Made by a program: the position numbers and the translations under genes. A stretch of DNA of 32,176 bases from a virus: UHGV virus genome UHGV-1443735, one strand, 5' to 3'. The notes under the pieces were generated by a model. The model had not been told where the DNA came from. It saw nothing but the letters and a program-made list of their open reading frames with translations, and ran no database searches. Of the stretch, positions 1 through 7,647 are shown piece by piece. The first letter of the stretch is position 1. Each line of letters opens with the position of its first letter.

Positions 1-52
1 CGTTCCACTCCTGAAGTGTCAAGTACATCGCAAAGTCTCCGCAATTACACGC

Positions 53-78
53 AAGAAAAAACCGCCATCAGGCGGCTT
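53..78 (-). terminator. rho-independent terminator (minus strand)
   Basis: On the minus strand: 5-bp GC stem (CCGCC/GGCGG) with 4-nt loop, followed by a run of 7 T. Lies at the 3-prime end of the leftward gene block. Confidence 0.6.
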
Positions 79-235
79 GGTGTTCTTTCAGTTCTTCAAT
101 TCGAATATTGGTTACGTCTGCATGTGCTATCTGCGCCCATAGCATCCAGTGGTTATAGCAGTCGTTGATGTCCTCTGCTTCGATAACCCTGTTGAATGGC
201 TCTCCATTCCATTCACCTGTGACTCGGAAGTGCAT
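68..235 (-). CDS. small hypothetical protein (55 aa, MHFRVTGEWNGEPF...)
   Basis: Found by manual translation; below the 60-aa cutoff of the ORF track. ATG at 235 is preceded by GGAGA 6 nt upstream; the TGA stop sits inside the terminator stem. Confidence 0.4.
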   Translation of the reverse strand: MHFRVTGEWNGEPFNRVIEAEDINDCYNHWMLWAQIAHADVTNIRIEELKEHQAA

Positions 236-307
236 TTATCATCTCCATAAAACAAAACTCGCCGTAGCGAGTTCAGATAAAAGAAATCCCCGCGAGTGCG
301 AGGATTG

Positions 308-592
308 TTATTCATTGCCGATATTCACCTTTATCGCGAACACCTTTACCGGTTTATCGCCGAAGTGCGGATGTGTGATTGTCTTGATTTCATATCCGTC
401 ATACGGAACATCAATTCTACGGCTGGAGTCGTCGCGCTTCGGATATCCCTTTGTGATAATCAGGCGGTCATACTCGCGTAACATAATTCGCTTATTCCAG
501 TAGTCATTACACAGGCGATACTCTTCCGTTTTCTCTCCGCGAATCATGGCATCGAAGTATTCACCTTTGACGGCAAGTTGCAGGTTAGCCAC
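308..592 (-). CDS. ASCH/DUF3850-like domain protein (about 94 aa)
   Basis: Motif EYFDAMIRGEKTEEYR resembles ASCH-type small phage proteins (from memory). Start refined to GTG at 592, which has GGAGG 6 nt upstream and overlaps the stop of the upstream gene (GTGGCTAA); ORF-track start at 664 is less likely. Confidence 0.55.
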   Translation of the reverse strand: MANLQLAVKGEYFDAMIRGEKTEEYRLCNDYWNKRIMLREYDRLIITKGYPKRDDSSRRIDVPYDGYEIKTITHPHFGDKPVKVFAIKVNIGNE

Positions 593-1415
593 GGTTAACC
601 TCCAGTTGTGGTGCTGCCTCAAGAGCAGCCCTGTAACCAGCAGCATGACCGCGAAAGTTAGCAATCTCTGATAGCCACGCTTTAATCATGGCCTGAGTTG
701 GCTCCTTCGGCACCATAACCCAACCATCCGGAGTTACCGGAGAGTTGCCAGCCTGAACAGTAGGCATATCCGGACCTTTGCGAATCGCCCTGGCAAGATC
801 GATTGGGTCGTCGTATAACCAGTCACCTGTTTGCGGATGATTGGCCTCTGCCAGTTGCGCCGCCCATTCAAGGCCGTCTTTGTGACCTTGCAGATAGTCC
901 AACGGCAACTCATCACGATTACTTACGGGTTCGATTTGTTCGGAATTACCGGACAACTGCATGGTACCTTCATTGGTGAGGGTACCATCGGACTGAAGCA
1001 TGGCGGCGCGGCAGGCGTTCACATCACCGTAAATCGGACCGATTAGATTAAATCCTTTCATGGGCCAGCCAGCAGGAGAATAAGCAACTGAGCCATCATC
1101 GGACACGAATAAAAAGCCAACTGGTTTCAAATCAGGCACAGATACCGGCGCTGGCGGGGAGGCGTAAAGCGGCGTTACTTCTCGCAGCGGGTCGGCATAA
1201 GCATTGCCACTATCGAAGCTGACGTTGTTTTTTGCGCCGCCGCCTGACAGCAGCCACGCCACCGGCTCCTGCTCCATGCCAGCCGTCAGCGCTTCCAGTG
1301 CGATTTTGAAGATTTGCGCATCGAGTTGCGCTTCTTCAAAATCAGGGTAATGGGTTGTTACCGCAAGACGGCGCTCAAGCTTCTCAATCAACTGCTCTTT
1401 CGTAAATTCAGCCAT
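585..1415 (-). CDS. hypothetical phage protein, ea-region (276 aa)
   Basis: Long ORF with ATG at 1415 and AAGGGGGAG RBS overlapping the end of the upstream gene. Family assignment not verified. Confidence 0.65.
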   Translation of the reverse strand: MAEFTKEQLIEKLERRLAVTTHYPDFEEAQLDAQIFKIALEALTAGMEQEPVAWLLSGGGAKNNVSFDSGNAYADPLREVTPLYASPPAPVSVPDLKPVGFLFVSDDGSVAYSPAGWPMKGFNLIGPIYGDVNACRAAMLQSDGTLTNEGTMQLSGNSEQIEPVSNRDELPLDYLQGHKDGLEWAAQLAEANHPQTGDWLYDDPIDLARAIRKGPDMPTVQAGNSPVTPDGWVMVPKEPTQAMIKAWLSEIANFRGHAAGYRAALEAAPQLEVNRG

Positions 1416-1419
1416 ATCC

Positions 1420-1881
1420 CTACTCCCCCTTGATGCCAGCGGCGCTAAGCTTGGTATTCACATCACCTTCAAAAATAGGCAGTACACCAATTGCAGCGGC
1501 CCAGTTTTTAGCTAACTCAGGGTCAGATGTCTCGTCGGTGTAGTCTGATGCCCGCCACCCAATCAGTCGTTTCTGACCAGGAATGTCAGAGTTTCGCTTC
1601 TCCGTTGCTTGCTCTAGAGCATTAAGAAGTGTACGTATTTCATGCTGCTGAGTAGAGATGCTTGAGTCTTTGGCTTCCAGCTCATCCAGCAGCGCCAGCA
1701 CGGTAGTGGGGTTTGCTGCGGAGTTCAGCGCGTTCAAGGCAGTGATATCTGCATCAAGCTGAGTTCCTTCTGCCAGTGAGATATCGAAAATGTCATCAGG
1801 CGGCATAACACTAAGGCGCTCATGTGCGCCAACTGCTGCCGCTGCGATTTCACGCAGCGCCTGTTTGTCGATGTTGCTCAT
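1420..1881 (-). CDS. Ea22-like family protein, short paralog (153 aa)
   Basis: N-terminus MSNIDKQALREIAAAA and motif VLALLDELEA are shared with the paralog at 2147-2890. ATGA start/stop overlap with the upstream gene. Confidence 0.7.
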   Translation of the reverse strand: MSNIDKQALREIAAAAVGAHERLSVMPPDDIFDISLAEGTQLDADITALNALNSAANPTTVLALLDELEAKDSSISTQQHEIRTLLNALEQATEKRNSDIPGQKRLIGWRASDYTDETSDPELAKNWAAAIGVLPIFEGDVNTKLSAAGIKGE

Positions 1882-2150
1882 TGGGCGGTTCCTTCGTAAC
1901 CGATGGCTTCTGCAATTTCAGCAAGTGTCTCTGCACTTTCACCCACTGGCTCATTCATCCAGTCGAAGGAAACAAGCTTACCGCCTTCGATAACGCCGAT
2001 GTTGAAATCATCACTACCTTGTGTTTTCAGACCATGCTTGATTGCCTTATCGCGCTTATCGAAGTCAACGCCGTCTGTCGTGTATTCAACTCCATGGCCT
2101 TTCTCGTTGCACCACCAGTACTGCTGAATAACGATGTATGATTTTCTCAT
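1878..2150 (-). CDS. hypothetical protein (90 aa)
   Basis: ORF with ATGA-type overlaps to both neighbours, indicating translational coupling within the operon. Confidence 0.55.
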   Translation of the reverse strand: MRKSYIVIQQYWWCNEKGHGVEYTTDGVDFDKRDKAIKHGLKTQGSDDFNIGVIEGGKLVSFDWMNEPVGESAETLAEIAEAIGYEGTAQ

Positions 2151-2890
2151 GACTGCACTCCTTTGCGAATTTGGTAGGCATGGACGCGCATTATGTCGAT
2201 TGCCTTCGATGTGACAGGATGCTGATGGTTCATCATCGCAATGACTGTGTTAATCGCTGAATCCACACCCTGCGCCCGCACTTCAGCCAGAAAAGCATCG
2301 GTGGCTGGGGTTTTGTTATCTGACTCCAGCCACTGGTTGTAGTAATAATCGAACATGCCAGTAGGATAACCACATCCGCTGTGCACGTGGTCTTTCATAG
2401 CAGAACCACACATGCAGTAGTCATTGTCAGTATTACTAATGATGTCGATAAGTTGCTGTGTCCGTTGCTTCAACATCGCATTCTCCGCCGCCAGCGCCGA
2501 AAACTTCTCGTGTGCCAACTTAACAGCTGCATCAGCCTGCTTAATTGACTCAGTCGCTTTCTGGTGGTCTTCGGCCAGCCCTGCTAAATCAGCCTCCAGT
2601 TCGGCTAGGCGTTCATTTAATGCATCTCGTTCATCCAGTAGTGCCAGCGCAACATTTGGATTAAAAGCAGCAATAAATTCAGCGTTTGCATAAGCCTGAA
2701 CATCTGTTTCAACCAGGCAGTTAACATGACATTCCGCAATCACACCACCGGGTTCTCCTTTCCATTTTTGACAAACAAAAACTCCTGTTATATTCCCATG
2801 CTGATTGCCCGATGTATGCCCTACGATGTAGCTCCCTTTCGTTGCCTGCTCTGCCGCCTCACGCAGTGCCTGATAGTCAATCTTGCTCAC
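2147..2890 (-). CDS. Ea22-like family protein (about 247 aa)
   Basis: Motifs [15 protein letters not shown] and ALALLDERD plus a coiled-coil middle. Start refined to GTG at 2890, preceded by GGAGG at 6-nt spacing; the ATG at 2911 lacks an RBS. Confidence 0.7.
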   Translation of the reverse strand: MSKIDYQALREAAEQATKGSYIVGHTSGNQHGNITGVFVCQKWKGEPGGVIAECHVNCLVETDVQAYANAEFIAAFNPNVALALLDERDALNERLAELEADLAGLAEDHQKATESIKQADAAVKLAHEKFSALAAENAMLKQRTQQLIDIISNTDNDYCMCGSAMKDHVHSGCGYPTGMFDYYYNQWLESDNKTPATDAFLAEVRAQGVDSAINTVIAMMNHQHPVTSKAIDIMRVHAYQIRKGVQS

Positions 2891-3072
2891 TGGTTGCCTC
2901 CTTTGCGCCACATCGCATTCAGATATTTGTTGTCATTAACAGAACCGAAACTCTTTCTCTTAAGCAATTCCTCTCTCGATGGCATTGGCTTTACGCGTTG
3001 GCGAATAATCATTTCTGCCGGAAGAATGCCGGGATTGTATGCAAGTCCTCTCATGGTAAATTCCTCAGTCAT
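2887..3072 (-). CDS. small hypothetical protein (about 61 aa)
   Basis: ATG at 3072 overlaps the stop of the upstream gene (ATGACTGA). The longer ORF-track version (to 3207) overlaps the neighbouring gene out of frame and is less likely. Confidence 0.4.
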   Translation of the reverse strand: MTEEFTMRGLAYNPGILPAEMIIRQRVKPMPSREELLKRKSFGSVNDNKYLNAMWRKGGNQ

Positions 3073-3361
3073 TACTGATAGCGCCATAGCGTGAGCGGTA
3101 ATTACGCAGGCGCGGGTCGATATATTCAGGGAAGTGGGTATATGTGGCTTTGCGGAATGGTCGGATTGATGTCTGGTAAATTCGCTCGCGTTCTTCTTTC
3201 TCTGCAAGCCATATACAATGGCGAAATTCCTTTTCCTCTTTCGTTTCCTGCGGTAGCGACATTATCAGGTCGTAGTTTTTTCTGAATTTATCCAGCACCT
3301 CCGATACGGAATTGCCGGAACAGCGGCGCGGGTCATCCGCACCATACAGAGGCGCTGGCAT
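3065..3361 (-). CDS. hypothetical protein (98 aa)
   Basis: ORF immediately downstream of the SSB-like gene; AAGG-like RBS upstream of the ATG. Confidence 0.55.
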   Translation of the reverse strand: MPAPLYGADDPRRCSGNSVSEVLDKFRKNYDLIMSLPQETKEEKEFRHCIWLAEKEERERIYQTSIRPFRKATYTHFPEYIDPRLRNYRSRYGAISND

Positions 3362-3384
3362 AATGGGAGCCTTATTTTCAGTAA

Positions 3385-3972
3385 TCAGAAAGGAGGGTAA
3401 TCGTTCTGGCTGTAACCATAATCATCTGCATGATTCTGGCTTACGTTTTTAGAGCGATTGTCTTTATCTTTGAGATTGGCAACCATGTTGGCGATAGTTT
3501 CTGGTTGCTTGCCTTCTGCCTTTTCTTTAAGGGTTTGACCTGTTTGTGCAATAAACGGGATGCGTATTTCCATCTGGTAGCTGTCTGCGCCAGTCTTTTT
3601 GTTTGTGGTTAATACTTTCTGAAGCACTAACCCGATTTTCTTTCCATGAAATTCAGGTGCAACAAATTTACTGGCGGAAACCATATGCTGCGTTAATTGT
3701 CCAATCCCGGCACACCCCATCATGGCGTGAACGACATTTGCGCCAAATTTGTTTTCCGTTCCGTCATTTTTCTGAACACAGACGCTAAGATATTGGATTT
3801 TACGTCCGTCGTCGGATTCGCCAGAAAACTCAATAAATTTGGCTCCTTTTTCTGATTGCTTTAGTTCTGCTTCAGTAATGGTAATGATATGAGCGCCAGT
3901 TTCGTTAATAAAACCACCTTGCCCTGCGGTCAGTGCTGCTTCTTCGTTATAAGTAAAAATCACGTTGCTCAT
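3385..3972 (-). CDS. phage SSB-like ssDNA-binding protein, probable partner of Sak4 (195 aa)
   Basis: C-terminus DDYGYSQNDYPPF resembles the acidic SSB tail ending in (D)IPF. Start overlaps the stop of the upstream ATPase gene (ATGA). The pairing of Sak4-type ATPase with a cognate SSB is known from phage recombination modules. Confidence 0.6.
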   Translation of the reverse strand: MSNVIFTYNEEAALTAGQGGFINETGAHIITITEAELKQSEKGAKFIEFSGESDDGRKIQYLSVCVQKNDGTENKFGANVVHAMMGCAGIGQLTQHMVSASKFVAPEFHGKKIGLVLQKVLTTNKKTGADSYQMEIRIPFIAQTGQTLKEKAEGKQPETIANMVANLKDKDNRSKNVSQNHADDYGYSQNDYPPF

Positions 3973-4649
3973 GCGGCGTTTTCCTTAATTTGATGAACAT
4001 TATTGATGCCGTAGTAATCACAAACAGTGGCATCGACGAAAGAGAGATCGTTATCAATCTCATTGGAATCAAACATTCCCATTGGGGATTTAACAGTGTC
4101 TGCACCGTTGTTTTTCGTGGTGAAAAAGAACTGGTCATCGCGGGTAAGAGTGCGAAGAACTATAGTAAACATGCCTTCGACAGTGATTTTCTCGTCCAGC
4201 ATTTTGCCGATAGTTTTCATTTTCACGCGCCCCATAGGGGTTTCTTCGGTGTGCGCAAGAAAATAGACTCTCAGGTCATCAGGTGCATCCTGTGCAGCCT
4301 TAATCACCTCCCATGCGTGGCGGCCTATCTCAGTAAATTTATCAAACGATTTTTCTTCTGAGCGGCGCATAAACTCATTGCTCATCACATACTGGAAGTC
4401 ATCAACAATAACGATTCTTTTCCCGTATTCGTGAGCACGCTTAATTACGGCAACTATTACGTCCCATTTGTCAGTGGTAACTACGGTTCCTTTTTTTGCT
4501 CTGGCATCCCATGCCAGCCATTCTTTTGATTTAAATGGTAGCGGCTTGCCTATTGGTTTTATAAGTATTGCTTCCTCTGGATTGATATTTCTCATGCTGG
4601 TTGATTTTCCGGTGCCAGACTCACCGAGTATTAATGTCGCAGTTCCCAT
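3969..4649 (-). CDS. sak4: Sak4-like RecA-fold ATPase (AAA_24 family) (226 aa)
   Basis: N-terminal Walker A GESGTGKS and Walker B-like IVIVDDF; size and single-domain architecture match phage Sak4-type recombination ATPases. Confidence 0.75.
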   Translation of the reverse strand: MGTATLILGESGTGKSTSMRNINPEEAILIKPIGKPLPFKSKEWLAWDARAKKGTVVTTDKWDVIVAVIKRAHEYGKRIVIVDDFQYVMSNEFMRRSEEKSFDKFTEIGRHAWEVIKAAQDAPDDLRVYFLAHTEETPMGRVKMKTIGKMLDEKITVEGMFTIVLRTLTRDDQFFFTTKNNGADTVKSPMGMFDSNEIDNDLSFVDATVCDYYGINNVHQIKENAA

Positions 4650-4657
4650 AATTCACC

Positions 4658-4846
4658 TCAGAATGGTAATTCGGATGGGGAGGAAAGAAATTCGCGCTCA
4701 TTCATGCGCTCTCTTTGTGCTTGCCATAAACAAAGTTGTTTCTTTGATTTATCTCCCGCTTTACGCCAGTAACGAGCCTCAGCAATGTGATATTCTCTTT
4801 TTAATCGACTTAACTCTGGAGTTTTCGCCAGCTCTACCGGAATCAT
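4658..4846 (-). CDS. small hypothetical protein (62 aa), C-terminus ...SPSELPF
   Basis: ORF with ATGA overlap to the upstream kil-like gene; occupies the position of gam in lambda but is not Gam-like. Confidence 0.5.
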   Translation of the reverse strand: MIPVELAKTPELSRLKREYHIAEARYWRKAGDKSKKQLCLWQAQRERMNEREFLSSPSELPF

Positions 4847-4956
4847 TTAGACCTCCATTTTCTGTAGGCTTCGACGGCCTCACCAAACATCTTTTCATCG
4901 CCAATAAAAGTGGCGATAGTGAATTTAGTCTGAATAGCCATAAGTGTTTTATCCAT
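4843..4956 (-). CDS. kil: Kil-like host division inhibitor (37 aa)
   Basis: MDKTLMAIQTKFTIATFIGDEKMF matches my recollection of the lambda Kil N-terminus. AGGAG lies 9 nt upstream, and the start overlaps the cIII stop (ATGGATAA). The ORF-track version (start 5046) has no RBS. Confidence 0.5.
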   Translation of the reverse strand: MDKTLMAIQTKFTIATFIGDEKMFGEAVEAYRKWRSK

Positions 4957-5095
4957 TTTTTGGAACTCCTGGCTGATTAAGTACGTCGATGAGTCGTTTC
5001 CATCCGTCACGTAATTTACGGGTGATTCGTTCAAGTAAAGATTCATTTAATTGGAAGGCACCCATGCGAGCGCCTCCCGCGATTGCGTAAATCAT
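4949..5095 (-). CDS. cIII: CIII-like protein (48 aa)
   Basis: Found by manual translation: ...ESLLERITRKLRDGWKRLIDVLNQPGVPKNG matches the conserved core of lambda CIII. AAGGA RBS upstream; below the ORF-track size cutoff. Confidence 0.75.
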   Translation of the reverse strand: MIYAIAGGARMGAFQLNESLLERITRKLRDGWKRLIDVLNQPGVPKNG

Positions 5096-5119
5096 GGGTG
5101 GTTCCTTATGTTGGTTTTA

Positions 5120-6088
5120 TTAGTAGGTTATTTTTGTTGCGAATACTTCGCCTTTTACGATGGCTGTTATGATATTTTTAGCAACATCTTCTGATGCGCC
5201 AACCTTGATAAGGTCAGCAAGTATTTTGTTATTTACTTCTTTCCGGTGAGCTTTATCCTTTGCTCTACACTCTTCTTCTTCCTTGATTCTTTTTTCTTCT
5301 GCTATTCTGGCTTGCTCTTTTGCTTCAGCCTCGCGCCGGATTCGTTCAGCCTCCTCCTGTGCTTTTCGGCGTTCTGCTTCAATTGCCGCCTGCTTTTCTC
5401 TTTCAGCTCGTTCTGCTGCCTCTTTTGCTTCGCGCTGTGCTCGTTGCTCGGCTTCAATGCGTTCACGCTCTGCACGTTCCGCTGCGGCCTTAGCTTCTGC
5501 TTCTCGCCTTGCTGCTGCTTCAATTTCGGCTTTTGCCTTTGCTTCGGCTTCTGCTCTGGCTTTCTCTTCAGCTTCTCTTTTTAAGCGTTCTTCATGCTCT
5601 CGCTTTTCCTGCTCCGCTTTGAGTCTTGCCTCTTCTCTTTGGCGGTCAAATTCGCGATCCATCAAAATAGCTATTTCATGGTCAGACTCAATTTGCTTTG
5701 CGAGAGCTTCAGCTGCTGCCTTAGCTTCTTCTTCGGCTTTAATCCGTGCCTGTTCCTCCTCATAATCAGTAAGAGGCTGGCGTGCCTTGGATTTCAGCTC
5801 ATCAAGGCGATCACGCACTGTCTTGCGGTTGGCATCAATTAGCTTTGGAATTTCCTTCAGTTCAGCAACAAGGTCTTTTCCAAGACCATCGAGATATGTT
5901 TTCGTCTGCGCAACTTTATACGCCAGAGAAGCGATCTCCTTTCTGCCCTTTGCCGTTGTGATATCAGGCACAAAGGACATAACTTCACGTTCAACCTTTT
6001 GAAGGATTTCTTCAATCTGGTCGGCAGACTGAAATACAGTCATTGCATTTGCTTTTTCAATAACAACTAAATCTGTTACTTCACTCAT
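5120..6088 (-). CDS. coiled-coil protein with TolA-like E/A/K/R-rich repeat region (about 322 aa)
   Basis: Start refined to ATG at 6088 with GGAGG at 5-nt spacing. The central ~130 residues are low-complexity charged repeats (AEAKAKAEIEAAARREAEAK...); N- and C-terminal regions are non-repetitive. Confidence 0.7.
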   Translation of the reverse strand: MSEVTDLVVIEKANAMTVFQSADQIEEILQKVEREVMSFVPDITTAKGRKEIASLAYKVAQTKTYLDGLGKDLVAELKEIPKLIDANRKTVRDRLDELKSKARQPLTDYEEEQARIKAEEEAKAAAEALAKQIESDHEIAILMDREFDRQREEARLKAEQEKREHEERLKREAEEKARAEAEAKAKAEIEAAARREAEAKAAAERAERERIEAEQRAQREAKEAAERAEREKQAAIEAERRKAQEEAERIRREAEAKEQARIAEEKRIKEEEECRAKDKAHRKEVNNKILADLIKVGASEDVAKNIITAIVKGEVFATKITY

Positions 6089-6100
6089 ATATCCTCCATC

Positions 6101-6127
6101 AAAAAAATCGCCCTCACATCGGAGGGC
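6101..6127 (-). terminator. rho-independent terminator (minus strand)
   Basis: 6-bp stem GCCCTC/GAGGGC with 6-nt loop, followed on the minus strand by a run of 7 T, immediately upstream of the RBS of the 5120-6088 gene. Confidence 0.6.
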
Positions 6128-6222
6128 AAAGAAGATTTCCAATAATCAGAACAAGTCGGCTCCTGTTTAGTTACGAGCGACATTGCTCCGTGTATTCACT
6201 CGTTGGAATGAATACACAGTGC

Positions 6223-6411
6223 TTATTCGTCATGCATTTCAGGTAATTCTTCGTATTCGACTCCCCATACGAGTTTACACCAAGTGACTCGCTCATATCT
6301 TTTACAAAAATCAGACCACATAACTTGTGTTCCATCATGGTTTGTTATTACTTCTGTAATATCACCAACACTAACAAAACTGGTATTAGAAGCAGTTATT
6401 TTTACTTTCAT
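6223..6411 (-). CDS. small hypothetical protein (62 aa)
   Basis: ORF whose start overlaps the upstream gene's stop (TAATG). Confidence 0.5.
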   Translation of the reverse strand: MKVKITASNTSFVSVGDITEVITNHDGTQVMWSDFCKRYERVTWCKLVWGVEYEELPEMHDE

Positions 6412-6698
6412 TACTTATCCCCAAGAGCTTTTCTGATTGCTGCAAGACCTTTATTAACAGCTTCATACCATTCTGGATATGTTGTCGTTGTTCTATTTTT
6501 GGATTGCTTAAGTAATAACTGAAGTGCTTCGAGAAGGTCAGGTGCTGCCGCTATCAGTAGCGCATCCTCCCTTTCATTTCTTGTTGCTGCTTCAATGTAT
6601 GTGTCACCAATCGTCACACCATGGAACGTAGTCATCATCTCGTTGACGTTTCTAACCGTGTACTTCCATTTACCAGGCGTACCCTTAAACTCTTTCAT
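6411..6698 (-). CDS. hypothetical protein (about 95 aa)
   Basis: Start refined to ATG at 6698 (the ORF-track start at 6704 is a GTG) with GAGGTG RBS. Confidence 0.55.
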   Translation of the reverse strand: MKEFKGTPGKWKYTVRNVNEMMTTFHGVTIGDTYIEAATRNEREDALLIAAAPDLLEALQLLLKQSKNRTTTTYPEWYEAVNKGLAAIRKALGDK

Positions 6699-6715
6699 AT
6701 TCACCTCTGTTGTTT

Positions 6716-6746
6716 ATGCCCAAAATAAAGGCCGACTATGCGGCCT
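6716..6746 (-). terminator. terminator-like hairpin (minus strand), copy A of a repeated intergenic element
   Basis: Stem AGGCCG/CGGCCT with 6-nt loop followed by TTTATTTTG on the minus strand; lies between the membrane-protein gene and the next gene. Confidence 0.45.
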
Positions 6747-6750
6747 GAAA

Positions 6751-7200
6751 TTACTTAACCAATGATGCTGCATATTCGATAAGGTAAAGCTTTGGGGCCA
6801 GCCAAATTTTTAACCAAGTCATATTGGTTACTACACCAATAATAAAAATCCCCCACAGAGTCAAAACTACAACCAATGGCATGATAAGAAGATTAATATC
6901 ACCTTTGCTATCCCAAACCATTGTCGGCCTGTATTTGGGATTTCCTTTCTCCCATGAATATCCTTCATCACCGATTTTACCTGTCTCAACTCTTTGGCAC
7001 TGCTTCTTCATAAACCAGAAAACCAGTGGGATTGTTAGAATGGCCATTAATGTTTTAATCAGACTGTCAACCATATTCCATAGCAGCAACTGATGAACAA
7101 CATCAGGAATCTGTGCCTGGCTAAATGAAACAGCCGCGTCTATTCCATTACTGGCTTTTTGCAGTAGTTCTACGAGAATCTTGTTTGCTTGTTCTTCCAT
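6751..7200 (-). CDS. membrane protein with two predicted TM segments (149 aa), possible superinfection-exclusion-type function
   Basis: Two hydrophobic stretches (LMAILTIPLVFWF and LLIMPLVVVLTLWGIFIIGVV); ATG at 7200 with GAGGTG RBS. It sits where lambda and P22 carry sieB; functional call is by position only. Confidence 0.6.
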   Translation of the reverse strand: MEEQANKILVELLQKASNGIDAAVSFSQAQIPDVVHQLLLWNMVDSLIKTLMAILTIPLVFWFMKKQCQRVETGKIGDEGYSWEKGNPKYRPTMVWDSKGDINLLIMPLVVVLTLWGIFIIGVVTNMTWLKIWLAPKLYLIEYAASLVK

Positions 7201-7247
7201 ATCTCACCTCAAATAATTCAGTGCAGTGTTTATTCTGTTGTTTATGC

Positions 7248-7271
7248 CAAAAGAAGGCCGACTATGCGGCA
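7248..7271 (-). terminator. weak terminator-like hairpin (minus strand), copy B of the repeated intergenic element
   Basis: About 36 of 38 nt identical to the element at 6708-6746; shorter stem (GCCG/CGGC) and T-rich tail CTTCTTTTGG. Confidence 0.3.
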
Positions 7272-7280
7272 TAATTATTT

Positions 7281-7469
7281 TTAACTATCATCAATACATG
7301 GCACTTTATTCCAGTCGATATCGTTTTTATTGTCGTCCCACATGTCTTTGTTTTTGTATTTCTCGCTACATCCTAGGCAAATGTTGTATGGCCTACCGAT
7401 AAGGTTTAACGAAATACGTTGCATTTCATTTGATTCAAACATGTATCCACAGAACTGACATTTATGCAT
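7281..7469 (-). CDS. small zinc-ribbon protein (62 aa; CxxC...CxxC)
   Basis: MHKCQFCGY...NICLGCSEKY carries two CxxC pairs; ATG at 7469 preceded by a GAGGGGTG RBS. Confidence 0.55.
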   Translation of the reverse strand: MHKCQFCGYMFESNEMQRISLNLIGRPYNICLGCSEKYKNKDMWDDNKNDIDWNKVPCIDDS

Positions 7470-7472
7470 ATC

Positions 7473-7609
7473 TCACCCCTCATACAGTAGCTTACTGCCT
7501 AATTTCATTTTCTGGCGACCAACACAAGTCACACCCATTTCACTGCGTGGCTTGCGGTAGCTCTACGAGAATCTTGTTTGCTTGTTCTTCCATATATCAC
7601 CTCAAATAA
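7473..7609 (-). pseudogene. recombination scar: 5-prime fragment of the membrane-protein gene fused to a 3-prime fragment of an N-like gene
   Basis: 7560-7609 is a near-identical copy (about 50 bp, including 34 identical nt) of 7167-7216, i.e. the RBS plus the first 12 codons of the 6751-7200 gene. 7528-7555 is 28 nt identical to 7849-7876 inside N, and the frame continues as KPRSEMGVTCVGRQKMKLGSKLLYEG*, an N-type C-terminus. Confidence 0.6.
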
Positions 7610-7647
7610 GTGGTTTGCTGCGAAAGTAAATACGCTTAAGTTACCTG

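Noticed and set aside
127-503. ORFs 127-315 (minus) and 165-503 (plus)
   Set aside because: They overlap the better-supported ASCH-like gene and the 55-aa gene out of frame or on the opposite strand, and have no RBS.
5260-5660. Calling the E/A/K/R-rich protein a true TolA homolog
   Set aside because: The similarity is restricted to compositionally biased repeats; the flanking domains are unrelated and the gene sits in a phage early operon.
5246-5765. Plus-strand ORFs (112 and 160 aa) and a minus-strand 73-aa ORF inside the charged-repeat gene
   Set aside because: These are low-complexity translations (Ser/Ala/Phe/Cys runs) of the repeat DNA encoding the E/A/K/R-rich protein on the minus strand; artefacts of repetitive sequence.
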